Shown here: in pieces, positions 1 through 12,144 of the stretch
Position numbering within the stretch: the stretch's first letter is position 1
How the letters are laid out: each line of letters opens with the position of its first letter
Assembly: GCA_010093705.1 (NCBI GenBank)
Contig: MU006089.1
Coordinates: 1,909,561-1,973,560, forward strand
DNA: 64,000 bases
Direction of reading: 5' to 3'
Source: Patellaria atrata CBS 101060
Lineage: Eukaryota
Translations under genes and position numbers: made by a program
Notes under the pieces: model-generated
The model's database searches: none
What the model saw: the letters and a program-made list of their open reading frames with translations, nothing else
What the model was told of the DNA's origin: nothing

Positions 1-1
1 G

Positions 2-1420
2 CGCATACCATCGGAGTCAGCGTATCCTGAAGACCAAGGTTTCTCAACCGCCGTAGCACGCTTTAAGACTCTGGCCAGTGCACACGAAGCGCGAGATAGG
101 TTGAACGGAAAGACAAATGCTGCAAACAATGCGAAAATGATTGTTGATGTTTGGCAACACGGCATCTCGCCTACGTTAGGTACACGACGCAACACCATCG
201 ATGGAACTTCTACTGGGAATCGGCCAGGGTCCACGGCTGCTGTATCCGGAGTATCCACAAACGGATTAAGCAATCGTCAATCTTCCCGTTACAATGGAAC
301 TTTTCAATCTATGGAGAAACTTTCCCCACCTAATGTGACCCCCAGCCTTGGCAACGGAGATTTTCCCGTGAGAGAACCAAATGTTCATCTTTCGAATCTC
401 TTCTCGCCCAAATCTCCATTGAACAATTCCTTCAATGACGCAATCCGCGTATCTGGAAAGTCAATGATCAATGATGATGCTGGTGACGATGAGACAGGTG
501 AGCTTCTTAAGGATCCTGTTGCCTATGCGAAGAATGGACAATCCGCCCATGTAGCAATGCCACGTCGGACTACCAACCCACAGATACCTGTATCTCGCTT
601 TGCTAGTCTCTCACTCAACACGGCCAATGGTGCGAACGGTATGGCATCTCCGCCTATGCCGAATTACGTCTCACCACGGTCAGTTAGTTCCATGCAGTCA
701 CCCAATTCAGCAATGTCGCCAAACACGATGCCTTCTAGCATGGCATCCCTTGGGCCGAATGCTAGCTATCAACTTGCAACTCAGCATTTTCAAAGACATA
801 ATTATCCCCCGGTCAATCCTGCAGACCAGAATCCCCCTTGCAACACCCTTTACGTAGGAAACCTTCCCCTTGACACCTCAGAAGATGAACTCAAACAGAT
901 GTTTTCCAAACAAAGGGGATATAAGCGACTGTGCTTCAGGACCAAGCAAAATGGCCCTATGTGTTTCGTGGAATTTGAAGATGTTTCTTTTGCTACAAAA
1001 GCATTGCATGAGCTTTATGGGCAACCTTTACATAATAGTGTTAAAGGTGGTATCCGTCTAAGCTTCTCTAAAAATCCCCTTGGTGTTCGTACGGGACAGA
1101 ATAGCTCCATGGGTCCTCCAACACCTCTGACGTCCCAAGCCGTTATGCCTGGGATGTCGAATGGTTTAGGTGCTCCCCCGGGTTTTTCTACTGCGACAGG
1201 ACCACCTCCAGGTCTTTCTGCGCCACCTGGTTTGTCTAGTCCTGTGTCTCTCAATGGCGGTTCTAGTTTTGGTATGTACTCTAGCGCTGGATTTGGCATG
1301 GCCGGTAATGGTATGGGTAATTTAAGATCACAAAATCTTGGAAGCGTCGCCTCGAGCGCTGCTGGTGGTGGCTTTTCCGGAATGGGCGGCTCTTACTCGG
1401 ATTACATGATGGGAAGATAA
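2..1420 (+). CDS. whi3: Whi3/Scw1-family RRM RNA-binding protein (5' end outside window)
   Basis: Frame open from base 2 (RIPSESAYPEDQGFSTAVARF...) to TAA 1420. C-terminal RRM NPPCNTLYVGNLP...RLCFRTKQNGPMCFVEFEDV...IRLSFSKNPLGVR is typical of Whi3/Scw1. Confidence 0.85.
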   Translation, partial: RIPSESAYPEDQGFSTAVARFKTLASAHEARDRLNGKTNAANNAKMIVDVWQHGISPTLGTRRNTIDGTSTGNRPGSTAAVSGVSTNGLSNRQSSRYNGTFQSMEKLSPPNVTPSLGNGDFPVREPNVHLSNLFSPKSPLNNSFNDAIRVSGKSMINDDAGDDETGELLKDPVAYAKNGQSAHVAMPRRTTNPQIPVSRFASLSLNTANGANGMASPPMPNYVSPRSVSSMQSPNSAMSPNTMPSSMASLGPNASYQLATQHFQRHNYPPVNPADQNPPCNTLYVGNLPLDTSEDELKQMFSKQRGYKRLCFRTKQNGPMCFVEFEDVSFATKALHELYGQPLHNSVKGGIRLSFSKNPLGVRTGQNSSMGPPTPLTSQAVMPGMSNGLGAPPGFSTATGPPPGLSAPPGLSSPVSLNGGSSFGMYSSAGFGMAGNGMGNLRSQNLGSVASSAAGGGFSGMGGSYSDYMMGR

Positions 1421-2748
1421 ACGCATTATGCGCTGCGGTCACCCGCGCCATTACGTATCATGAGTTTCTGGAGTCTTGGGCGCAAACGCATTTTTGCTTT
1501 AACGCATTGTTTTGCGTTTCTTGAATCATCTTCTTTGTAGGACGTTCAAATCTTCTGGATGTCGTACTGCTCTAGTCTCTGTCGTTTCAGTTCATGGCGC
1601 GGTGTTTCGAGTCTTCAATTTCTTTTCTTCTTTTTTGTGGATTGCTTCTGTTCTTCTTTTCCGAGGGGCATGGATCACGGCGCTGAATGCTTTTCCTGGC
1701 TGGTCGTCACAGCCAAGCTGGCGGATGACTATATTTCAATAAGCATACGAGCGATGATTCCCCTTGCGCGTTTATATTGTCGATGGTAGTGTAAGGTGCT
1801 GGGGGCGCATTTATGATCGGCTAGGAGCTCTCTTTTTTGCAGAACGTTTTGAAAACTTCATTGCAGCATCTCGCGATCGGCAGTTGAGAGCAACCCAACT
1901 TCCCTGGGTAGGAAAAGCACATACTTCATGGGTTGCGTCCGGTAATTGGGTTGGGAGGATATTGTCGACTTTTCAACTTTGTCATATTGCGTCCATATCC
2001 CTCATTGTGGGGATACACCCTGTTGGCTATCTTGCGAGGAGGGTCTCTGTAACGGCAATACTCTTTTATGTACTTTTTGAATCTGGTTAACCTCGGATCT
2101 ATTGGTCTAAAACAACTTCATTAGGCGTTGTTTCGTCCATGACCCCTGCATTGCTGGTCATTCATGGTTGAAGATATCATGGGTTCGTGACGCCTCGCGT
2201 CTTCTTCTGCTAGACTGTAGCGTTTATTTGTTACGGTTACGATTCTAGAATTACTGGTCCTCTTTAGACCTCGACGTCCTGTCGTTACTGCTCAAAATAA
2301 TGGGTCTTTCATTAGGCGTTTAAAGCAATAATTTTCCAGATACTGGTTATTCTAAAAGTTTCGTTAGTGTTGAGCGTGATGTCGTAATATCGCCATCGAA
2401 ACATACTAATCAGCTAGCTGAATTGATTGAGGAAACACTAATTGATTATCGTTATGTATGTACACATCTCGAAAGACGCCCTAATTCTCGATACTGAGGA
2501 GTTTTTTTGATGCTGGTGATTGACGGTCACGTGCCAGTGCTATTACTAGTTCTAGCGGAGCTCTAGCGTCGATATCCCGGAAGATGATTTTTGAACTCTT
2601 CAACGAGCTACAGTAACTCTTTAACTCCATCAAGATTGAAATGTAATTTAATACCTACTTCAAAGTTCGATAAACGCATCCATCAAGGCTATACTACTAA
2701 TAGAGCTCCTCCCTCATCTATCTTGTTTCACTCACAAATTTGCCCATA

Positions 2749-4123
2749 ATGGCTCCCAGAATACGCGCACCGAAGTTATCCACTTCCACCCCCTACCCAT
2801 CGTCCAGTCGTCAGGATGCTTACCTCTTTTCTCGATCGAGTCGCCCTTTCTCTCAAACTTCCTGTCAATGCGCACGTAATGATATTCGTGTTACAAGATT
2901 ACGGAAGCAAATGGATTCGTGGATCGAGGGGCCTGGTAGAGCTTTCAAAAGACCTCTTCCCGGTTCTACAAACTACCTCAGCGCCTACGACAGATTCGGG
3001 AGACTCATTCGATTACCGGATGGAAAACCTAAGAATAAGAATTCGAGTCAGTCAGGAGACGTAGACCAAGTGAAAGCTCGACAATCCGAGGGGGGGAATC
3101 CGGCACTCGTGCCTGACGGTCTTGACCAAGCGGCACAGGAGAATGATCGGCAAGATACCACTAAGAAAGACAGTAACGCGTTACCCCCTGAGAGTTTAGA
3201 TGATCTTCGACCATTTCCGTTGAACAACTCTTTCAGGAGTCAGCCTGTTTTGAGTGAAGAACTTCGAGAGGTCATTTATGATCAGGTGGTCAATAGAGAT
3301 AGGTCCGTCAGAGAAGTTAGCGTAGAGTACAACGTCAGTATGGAAAGAGTTGGAGCAGTTGTGCGACTTAAGACTATTGAAAAGGATTGGATAGAGAAGG
3401 TACGTAGTCATTACTTCTTTCCATTTATTATTTCTAGGTACATGATGATCAACTTCCAAATTTCGATTAGTCTTTAAGACAACACAATGGTTACAAAAAT
3501 TGCTTTGCGAGCCTCTCTGACCTCTCCTTCCGCTCTTTTTTGAAACTTAACTGTTGCAGTTGTTACTAGGGGCTGACTTGTTCAAGGGCAAACCACTCGC
3601 AAAGCCATATGCTCGAGCAATCCTAAAGATGGTTCCCACAACTCCATACCTAGGGAGCCGGACAACTCACGAAAGCATCAATGACCTGCCAGTCCATTCA
3701 GCAACCCGCCAACAAATATTCTATCCAACATCTGAATCGCGTGCTTTTACACGTGTCGACGCTGCACATGTTTTTCGTAGTGGTCTACTTCCAGCCGACA
3801 AACGTATACCACATCCACAGCTTGTGGAGCGTGAAAAGCTGGAGATTGCGCAGGTACCAAAATCCGAAGTAGATGAGATAATGAATGAGTGGGTAGCAGC
3901 AGAGGCTGCACGGAAACAAGCCATCGAGGAGCGAGAGAAAGCGGAGGAGAAGAGGTTAGTCAAAACGGTGAGGGCTCCCAGATGGGATTTCAAATTCAGA
4001 GACATCAATGTCGACGAATCCGGCAAAGACGGAAGAGGCCAGAAGGGTGTGGGTTGGAGATATGGCTTTCCACACCAGGATAGAAAGAGAGGCCAGGTCA
4101 GGATCCCCACGAGTGTTGAATAA
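2749..4123 (+). CDS. MRPS35: Mitochondrial ribosomal small subunit protein mS45 (MRPS35/Bot1 family); exons 2749-3399, 3587-4123
   Basis: Basic presequence-like N-terminus; PFPLNNSFRSQPVLSEELRE...RVGAVVRLK motif; C-terminal GWRYGFPHQDRKRGQVRIP. Intron GTACGT(3400)...GCTGAC...AAG(3586) joins the two ORFs in frame. Confidence 0.85.
3442..3520 (+). ncRNA. Intronic box C/D snoRNA with two candidate LSU rRNA guides
   Basis: Box C ATGATGA 3442-3448 and box D CTGA 3517-3520; candidate D' AAGA 3476-3479 and C' ATGGTTA 3487-3493. TTCGATTAGTCTTT (3462-3475) is antisense to conserved 25S AAAGACUAAUCGAA; TGCGAGCCTC (3506-3515) is antisense to 25S GAGGCUCGCA. Confidence 0.85.
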
Positions 4124-4399
4124 AACTAACACAGACAATCCGTTCTGTTTGGCAAGGTATTCGATATCATGCTGTTCTTATACTGTACAATACTCTATTC
4201 CGCACCGTCCAGGAGCCTTTGTAATTTACTAAGCAAGCTGTAAGCTAGTTCAGGGTTGGCCTGCGCTTTTGTTATTCATTACAGGCGTGTTACAGCACAT
4301 GCTGCTTTACCTTTTTCGACTTAGACCGAACCAAGCGTGCCCGCTGCTTCAGCATCTGTTCGGATATTTGTGATATGACGGACTGAACAACATTCAAGC

Positions 4400-5022
4400 T
4401 CAGCGGTATTGAACCTTCTGGCCACCCCTCTTCTCTAACTTTTGTTGTCTCTTACTCCCAACAGTGGGCGTCCCATCACCGTCAGCGCCGCCAGTCAACC
4501 CGGCCATACCCTGCTTTGCTCCTATGAAAGTTGTATATGCTAGCCACAAGGAATATAGTGGAATAATAGTCTATTCGCAATCTTAGTGACCTTCGTTGGA
4601 GTTTATAACAGCCTGATAGAACCTACCCATAGCCACCACGCATAATCACCAACAATAGCAGCCAACCCGATACACCCATAAGACCAATAAAACACATCCC
4701 ACATCCACTCTGTCAACCCTCTCGCCTCAAGGTCCTCACCGCTCCGTTTCAGTTCTTTGTTCCCCTTTGCGCTAAGCTCTGTGTTCCCAGTTGACATGTT
4801 CAAGTAGACAGGACGGCCCATTCGCTCGAACCAGAACTGGATGAAGAGTGCGGGGAAGGAGAGGAGGACATAAAGGAAGAGTGAACGCCTTGTGAAGGAG
4901 CGGTAGAAGAAGAGCATCCGGAGCAAGATGAAGAGCCCGTGGATGCTACCTGCTATGACGAGCGTGCGGTTTAGGGTTGTGGTGTTCCGCACAGCGAGCG
5001 TTTTGGCGGCTTTTTGTGCCAT
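4400..5022 (-). CDS. SND2: SRP-independent targeting protein SND2/TMEM208 (DUF788); exons 5022-4627, 4570-4400
   Basis: MAQKAAK start, TM segments, GEDLEARGLTEWMWD motif; spliced C-terminus SKRQQKLEKRGGQKVQYR*. Intron GTAGGT...TAG. Confidence 0.85.
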
Positions 5023-5691
5023 TGTGAGGAGTTTCGTGGTGCCTCTGCGTCTATGTGTTTTCTTCCGGCGTTTAAATCTCTTTTGAAGGGAAAAGGTGGA
5101 GTTGACTGGGAAATGTTCCTTTTACTTAAACGGGTGGTTCGCATAAGTATTCATATGTTATTATGTTCAAAACGCCAAGAGGTTGTTTATAGACCGTCCG
5201 AACTAACGACGGCCGATTGGTCGAGATGGCGAAAGATGGCCGGCGTGACAGGCTTCAAGCAAGAACAACAACAAGCCCTGGAAGTACCAAAGAGTTAAAA
5301 GACATATCAACCTTGCAAAGACGATACAACATCATACGCGATATCACTATTGACTGATTTGGTGATTATTGCACAGCTCATATCTCCCTCTATGACTCTT
5401 TGGTTGTCGTGAGAGATCATGCGGAGTCGCTGAGTCCTCCTTCACGCCCTCGACCTTATGTTTACCCCAGCCGCCAATTAACTTTGTCGACTACAGAAGC
5501 CATTCACCACGTTTTTGAACTGCGCAAAAGGAACGAATTAGACACGAGCTGGTATTCGTCTTCATGCTCTCATCCTATTCCTCATTTTCCGTCTCGAATA
5601 CGCCTTATTCTCTTCTTCTACTTCTCTCTCCGGGCTAACGTCCTTTCGACATCAACAACCAACATCACGTTTCGATCGAAATTCGCCTACC

Positions 5692-8294
5692 ATGGCGGCA
5701 CCTACAAATACATCATATATCTCCTCCCAGCTTCGCCACCTCATCTACTACAACCTCGACAATGACCTGATAGGAAACGCCCTTTTTCTCTCCGGCCGCC
5801 TCCATGCCGTCGAACCCCGCTCCCCAGACGCCATTCACCTTCTCGCTCTCAGTCACCTCCGGCTGGGCCGTCTAAAAGCAGCGTACGATTACACTCGCGA
5901 TAAAGCCGTACGTGGCATACACCTAGGTTGCGCGTACGTTTTTGCACAAGCTTGTCTAGGCTTGGAACGTTATGGTGACGGCATCGCGGCGCTAGAGAGA
6001 AGTCGAGGATTATGGGGCGCAAGAAACCACTGGAACAAGCATTCAGAAACACAGAGGAAACACATTCCAGATGCTGCAGTGGTAAATTGCCTTCTGGGAA
6101 AACTATGGAGAGCCCATGGGGATGTTAAAAAGGCGGTGGAGTATTATGTCGCCTGCCTGAAACTTAACCCTTTCATGTGGGATGCTTTTTTAGAGCTGTG
6201 TGACACTGGTATTGCTACCGACACTGAAGATTTTCCACATGCTAATCTAACTAAAATAGGTGCTGTGCTAAAAACCGAGAACATTTTTAAAATGACCCCC
6301 GAAATGCAAGCCTACCTAGGTTCCACGGAAAATTCGAAAAATGGTTACGAAGGATTGCTGCCAGAAGAACACCTACCAAGTGAGGTCAACAATATAATGA
6401 CTCCTAGTAATGATCTCTTTAATCCCTCTTCACGGCCTAATATAGAAGTCAGGCCAGACGTGGGAGGTTCTTTTTCGTTTTCGAGATTGACTGGCGGTGT
6501 ACCAAGCAGTAATACTCACAGCTTGGAAGCGGAGACCCCGACGTCCAACCTGATAAATCAGGATGATGATGTCATGATGGGTGATGCGGCACCCGCTCCT
6601 TCCCAAAGGTATGGTGATAGTGAACCACCGCAAGCGCCGATACGGAAAACCCGGACTCTCCAGACTTTTGTTTCAGAGCACGGTTTAGAGGCGCCGAAAA
6701 TGCGTCCAATTTCAACAAGAGGTAGATTAAAAGCATCGTCCGAAAGCAATGACGCGGAACCGGCAAGAACACAACCATTGGCGCACAATCATAAGCGTAC
6801 TATATCTGGACACGTTGCGCAACCAAGCACTTCTGCTAATAATGATCCCACAGCTGCTCCACAGCGAAGGAGCGTTCGGTTATTTAATCAAATCAGGCCG
6901 TCTGCCAGCAAAACGTCGATACCTACTATTAGCAGGGACCCGGAACCCAAAGAGAGACGGGAAATAAAAAAAGTTAGAGCGACAGGTACCAAAGGTCGTT
7001 CAGCTGCATCAACAGTTGGCCGCGTCGTAAGCGGTAACCGGAACCCAAGAGAGGGTGCAGAAAGAGATATAAAGGAGGCCAGGCCTCCCAGTGTGGTTCC
7101 GCCAGCTATGGTCCTACCAACTGTGCAAAAGTCTCAACCTCATATCCCCGAAGTCAGCCTAGAAAAGGAAGCCCTACACTGGCTTCTGGACCTATTCGTG
7201 AAACTTGGCAGTGGCTATTTCTTTCTTGGTCGTTACCAGTGTCAACAGGCGATCAATGCTTATATGTCAATACCAGCATCACAACGAGAAACCCCTTGGG
7301 TCCTAGCACAGCTTGGAAAAGCACACTACGAGCGATCCGCATATACTGAAGCAGGAGAAGTTTTTACGCGAGTCAGGAAAATTGAGCCATCACGTATGGA
7401 GGATATGGAGATTTATTCGACTGTCCTGTGGCATCTGAAAAACGATATGGAGCTAGCTTATCTTTCTCACGAACTTATCGACGCGGATAGACTTTCACCA
7501 CAGGCCTGGTGCACTATCGGAAACTCATTTTCCCTACAGCGAGAGCATGATCAAGCAGTGAAGTGTTTTAAACGTGCTACTCAGCTTGATCCCAAGTTCG
7601 CATATGCATTCACGCTACAGGGCCACGAGCACATCGCTAATGAGGAGTACGACAAGGCTCTCTTTGCATACAGATGCGCCATTTCAGCAGACAATCGACA
7701 CTATAATGGGTGGTATGGTCTTGGACGCTGCTATGAAAGACTCGGCAAATACGATATCGCAGAAAAACACTACAAGTCGGCCTCCCAGATTAACCCGACC
7801 AATGCCGTTCTCGTTGTCTGCATTGGTGTCGTATGTGTCCATCACCCTTCTTGCATGTGAACACCCTCTAATGCTGGTAATAGGTCTTCGAAAAGATGAA
7901 CAAAGCCCGTCAAGCACTCGTCAACTACTCTCATGCCTGCGAACTCGACCCCCTTTCTGCCCTCGCTCGCTTCAAGAAAGCGCGTGTACTCATGGCGCTT
8001 CGGCATTCTACCGAAGCGCTCATCGAACTCAAGGTCTTAAAGGACATCGCACCAGACGAAGCAAACGTTCACTTCATGCTTGGGAGACTGTACAAGTTAA
8101 TGAATGAAAAAGCGTTGGCGATTAGGCATTTTACTGTTGCCATCAATTTGGATCCGAAGGTATGTCTTCACTATCTTGGTCTTGATTGGACCGAGGAAAT
8201 TGATGGTGATTGGCAGGCCGCGCAGTATATCAAGGAGGCGATGGAGAGTATGGATGATGAGGATGATGGGTATGATGATGGGACTGGGTCATGA
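5692..8294 (+). CDS. CDC27: APC/C TPR subunit Cdc27/Nuc2/BimA; introns 6209-6259, 7831-7883, 8160-8216
   Basis: N-terminal APC3 region (QLRHLIYYNLDN, LNPFMWDAF); C-terminal TPRs (MEIYSTVLWHLK, SPQAWCTIGNSFSLQREHDQA, FAYAFTLQGHEH, RHYNGWYGLG). GT-AG introns restore the frame. Confidence 0.93.
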
Positions 8295-8885
8295 TTTTGA
8301 AAGGGATACTGTCATCCTCTTACCTCTTTCTCACTTTTCCTTTGATACCTTTTACTCGCTCTTACTTGCCTACTTTTAATTCTTGGATGTTGTATACCAG
8401 TCTCACGATTCTCTTTGGAATGAATGTCTCTGGTTACGATGCGTTCGGCAAAGTGTTGATTCTCTATTTCTCTTTACCCCTTAATTTTTTCTCTTCAATT
8501 CACCTATGATCCCGATTGGATTTTTCGGTGATCTTTCACGTTTCTTTGGGGATTTATGATAGCGAGCGAGCATTGTGGGGGCAAAAACGGGTCTGCATTA
8601 GCATTCGTTGGCGTCAAATTGGATACTTGGGATTAATTCTTTTCACGCTTTGAGTAGGATTGCACGGGTTCAGCTGAGTTTCTAAGTTTTGGTCTTTCTG
8701 AATGAGGACTGTGTTGAATTCGATCAGAAGGTACGAACTAGCCAGATAAGGAGGAATGCGAATGTTGTAGAGTACATGCTTAGGAACAATCGATGAGAAG
8801 TGAGAAATGGAAAGTTCTGAATTGGGGTTGTGCCAATACCCAACGCCTTTCGAGATGAGTGTTCGTTCAGATCCTGCTGTTCGAC

Positions 8886-9167
8886 TTATTCAACCTCTTC
8901 GAAACTCCGCTTCCTGGTCGATCGCACCTCCCCTTTATTGACATCATGATGATGATCATCATCGTCTTCATCATCGTCTTCATCATCGTCTTCATCATCG
9001 TCTTCATCATCGTCTTCATCATCGTCTTCATCATCATCTTTATCATCTTCATCATCTTCATTTTCATCATTGTCGTCAATGACGATAGGAAACTCATCCG
9101 GCTCTCCAACCACCGTCTCATTATCATCGCTAACGCTGATGGGACGTTCTTTCGCGCCTTCCACCAC
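8886..9167 (-). CDS. Possible 3' part of a small acidic low-complexity protein (start unresolved)
   Basis: Protein-like ERPISVSDD...PIVIDD-(D/E)n-RKRSFEEVE*. The frame is open upstream to a TAA near 9375 with no ATG, so the gene model is uncertain. Confidence 0.35.
   Translation of the reverse strand: MVEGAKERPISVSDDNETVVGEPDEFPIVIDDNDENEDDEDDKDDDEDDDEDDDEDDDEDDDEDDDEDDDDHHHDVNKGEVRSTRKRSFEEVE
8957..9070. repeat. 12-bp tandem repeat (CATCATCGTCTT) x6 plus degenerate copies
   Basis: Perfect units start at 8957, 8969, 8981, 8993, 9005 and 9017; reads as (EDDD)n on the minus strand. Confidence 0.95.
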
Positions 9168-10638
9168 GGCGACACCATCCTTAGCAGCAGCGCCCGGCCA
9201 GCGGAAAGTCGATTTCGGCAGCTTGGTACGGGGGCGGTACGGCTTGGGCGGGGTGGCCGGGGCCTTGGGGATGGGGACGTAGAAGTGGGTTATTAATGGT
9301 TACATTGTTGGTGTGGGGTGATGTTGGTGTGGTTGGTGAGGTGAACCGGAGAGAGTGTTAGTGTGGTTGACGATTTAAGGAGGTGATTGTGTGGTGTTGG
9401 TTGAGGATTTAAAGAATGAATGATGTTTGGAAGTCTGCGTGATATATGGTGAAGGAAATTGGGGAGACGGGGAGACATATATATGGGGGATAGGTGACAA
9501 TAGGGGTGGATGGACAATAGAGACGTTTTTGGACAATAGAGGGAATTTGCGATTGATGGGAGACATGTAGGAGAGAACTTGGAATGGATTACAATGGGGA
9601 TTTTGACCATAGGAAAAGTCACAGTAGGGGGGAAAGTCATGAACTTATTGTCACGTGTCAATGAAAGGGATAGGAGTATGATTTCGAATTAAAGTACTAT
9701 TACTGCTTCCATATCTAATATGGCGACTAAGGCCGATCTGATCTTGTTAGATTTGATATACAGTTCTTCTAAGCTGAGGTGTCACTGCTATTGGAGTCAT
9801 GCTTTCCTCTATAATTACATTGAAATTCCCAAAATAGTTTTTTCAGACGGGTACGGGAGACTGTGGTCAGCGACAATTGGTATAAAAATTGTCGCTCAAC
9901 GGATGATAATAAATGCTACGAATTGATGAAAATGGAAGATTGAGCCGCCCATTGAATATCTATTTAATTAGATGCTTAAGCAGGACTTAGATTTGCCCAT
10001 GAATGACCCAAGATTCAGTACGTGTCTCGATAAAAATAGTGCAAGAGCGTAATACCTAGGAAAACCCAACAAAGAAAGAAAGGAGGGAGGAGATACTAAG
10101 AAAGTAATACCGAAATAGGTACTATGAAGAATAGAAACATCAGGACCATGAAAATTTATTGAAGACCTTGTAGTTTTAGGGGCTTTTACCTCCGCTGTGT
10201 CCATGGATTTGAGGTTCGAAAAACCATGCCAGACGGGAAGTTCCACGGAGTTAATTAATTACATCAGTACAAGAAGATTTTTCTAGAATAGAGGTTTGAC
10301 TTAGAATATGCCTTAGAGAGCAAAAGATCCTATATATCTTGGTTAATAAATGTAAAATCGTGTCTATGGAGCACCTTAGTGACCCAGGGGACGTTGCTTT
10401 AAGATTCTTGAAGAGCGTACGGTTGCACCAGGGCTCATGTAAGTACACACGAACCACGTCTTGGCTTCCAGCCACTCTATCAATCTTGACCGCGATTTCT
10501 TTCCAGCTTGTTAGAAACACAACCTCCAGAACAAACCCCGAAAGGAGTTCCATCTATCTCTTTTTACCTCCTCCGGACCTGCTAGAGCATATAGTAATCA
10601 CATAGATCTAATTACCCTTGAAACCCAATATCGTCAAG

Positions 10639-12144
10639 ATGTCTCGAGCTCTTGATCGCAGTCTTGATGAAATTGCGTCTACGAACGTAAGTAGAGCTGG
10701 CCGGCAATTGCACTTGCTATCCATCAGTACCAAATAGATATCTAATGGAGCTTCTTGATGTAGGCTCGCGGTTATCGTGGAGGCCGAGATCGACGTCAAA
10801 ACAACTGGCCGCGCGACGGCGTTAGAAAGGTGAATCTCGAAATTGTTAATGTTACTAGATTTTGTCTAACCTCAGTCACAGGTGTCTACTCCTCCTCATT
10901 ATCCTCCTCATCCCGGTTATATCCCTCCGACGCCTCAACGATAATCCTGCCTATGCTGCTGTGTGGCTTCAATCCACCGCTTCTCACCACCGTAGTGGCG
11001 CCGGAGGTCGATACGACGCGTTCATGTGATTAGTATATTTGCGATGTCGCTAACTTGGTTCCCTTCCTCATGATAATAGTCTAGCCAGAGAGATGAACCG
11101 AAGAACCTCGACCAGTACGTGACGCGCTGATATTGGGGTGATTCAGCAGCTAATTTTAACAGAGATTGGGTTCACGACCGTTTTGACGACGACGATTGTA
11201 TGCACGCAAAACAGTTGAATTGACTGGATTTAACAAATTGACAGCTCGACGACCCACGCGCGGACCCCACTCCCAAAGAGATAGGATAGAACGATACGCT
11301 CCAGAAAGTGACCAGTATGTAGCAGCATGAGTTCTTCCAAGTCGTCAACTTTCTAACGATGTGATAGAGCTTCGGGAGTAAAACTACGAGTCGAAAACTT
11401 ACACTATGAACTATCAGAGGATGACTTGAAGGTATAAGAAGCATTCCTGTATTCAATGAGCATACGCTTATGGAGTCAATATAGGAGCTTTTCGAACGCA
11501 TTGGTCGCGTGCAATCAGTTCAGTTGCTCTACGATCGTCATGACCGTAGCAAAGGTGTCGGCTTTGTCACTTATTATCGCGTATCTGATGCGCGTGCTGC
11601 TATCGATGAGTTCAATGGCGCAAATGCCAAAGGCCAACCTATCCGGCTATCTCTAGTTCCTCAACCAGCAGCCAGGCAACTTGCACGCAATCCTTTTGAC
11701 TATGTCGATGTTCCCGCCCGTAGTCTTTTCGATCGGATTGAGAATACCGGAACGCGCAGGCGTGGCAGGAGCTCTAGTCCTGACACATTCGTCAGACATA
11801 GCGATGTCAGCAAGCCTCCTCCGAGTAATATTGATCGTTACATCCCTGGCCAGCGTAGGAGATCTCCCCCAAGGCGTGGTAGCGGACGTGAAAGTGGACG
11901 AAGGCCTGGAGCTCGTAGAGAGCAGAGTGGTCGACGTGAGGATACTGGTAGACCCATAGTACAAGGAAGACCCAGGAAGACTCAACAAGAGTTGGATGCT
12001 GAGATGGAAGACTATTGGGGGAAAGGCACCAACGCTGATGAGTCCGCGAATGGTCACAACGGGAATTCTTTCATCCAGACAGCGGCAGCTGCTCCAGCGA
12101 ACACTAGCGCTCCAGTTGACGATGACATTGATATGATTGAGTAG
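10639..12144 (+). CDS. Yra1/ALYREF(THOC4)-like RRM mRNA-export adaptor; exons 10639-10686, 10764-10829, 11080-11114, 11163-11197, 11245-11314, 11368-11431, 11485-12144
   Basis: N-terminal LDRSLDEI motif, WVHDRF motif, RRM (KLRVENLHYELSEDDLKELF...DRSKGVGFVTY...ANAKGQPIRL) and C-terminal RPRKTQQELDAEMEDYW motif. All six introns are GT...AG and phase-consistent. Confidence 0.85.

Noticed and set aside
8859..9296. Plus-strand ORF with (IIVF)n resembling a membrane protein, and minus-strand (MMKT)n ORF
   Set aside because: Alternative-frame readings of the 12-bp minisatellite.
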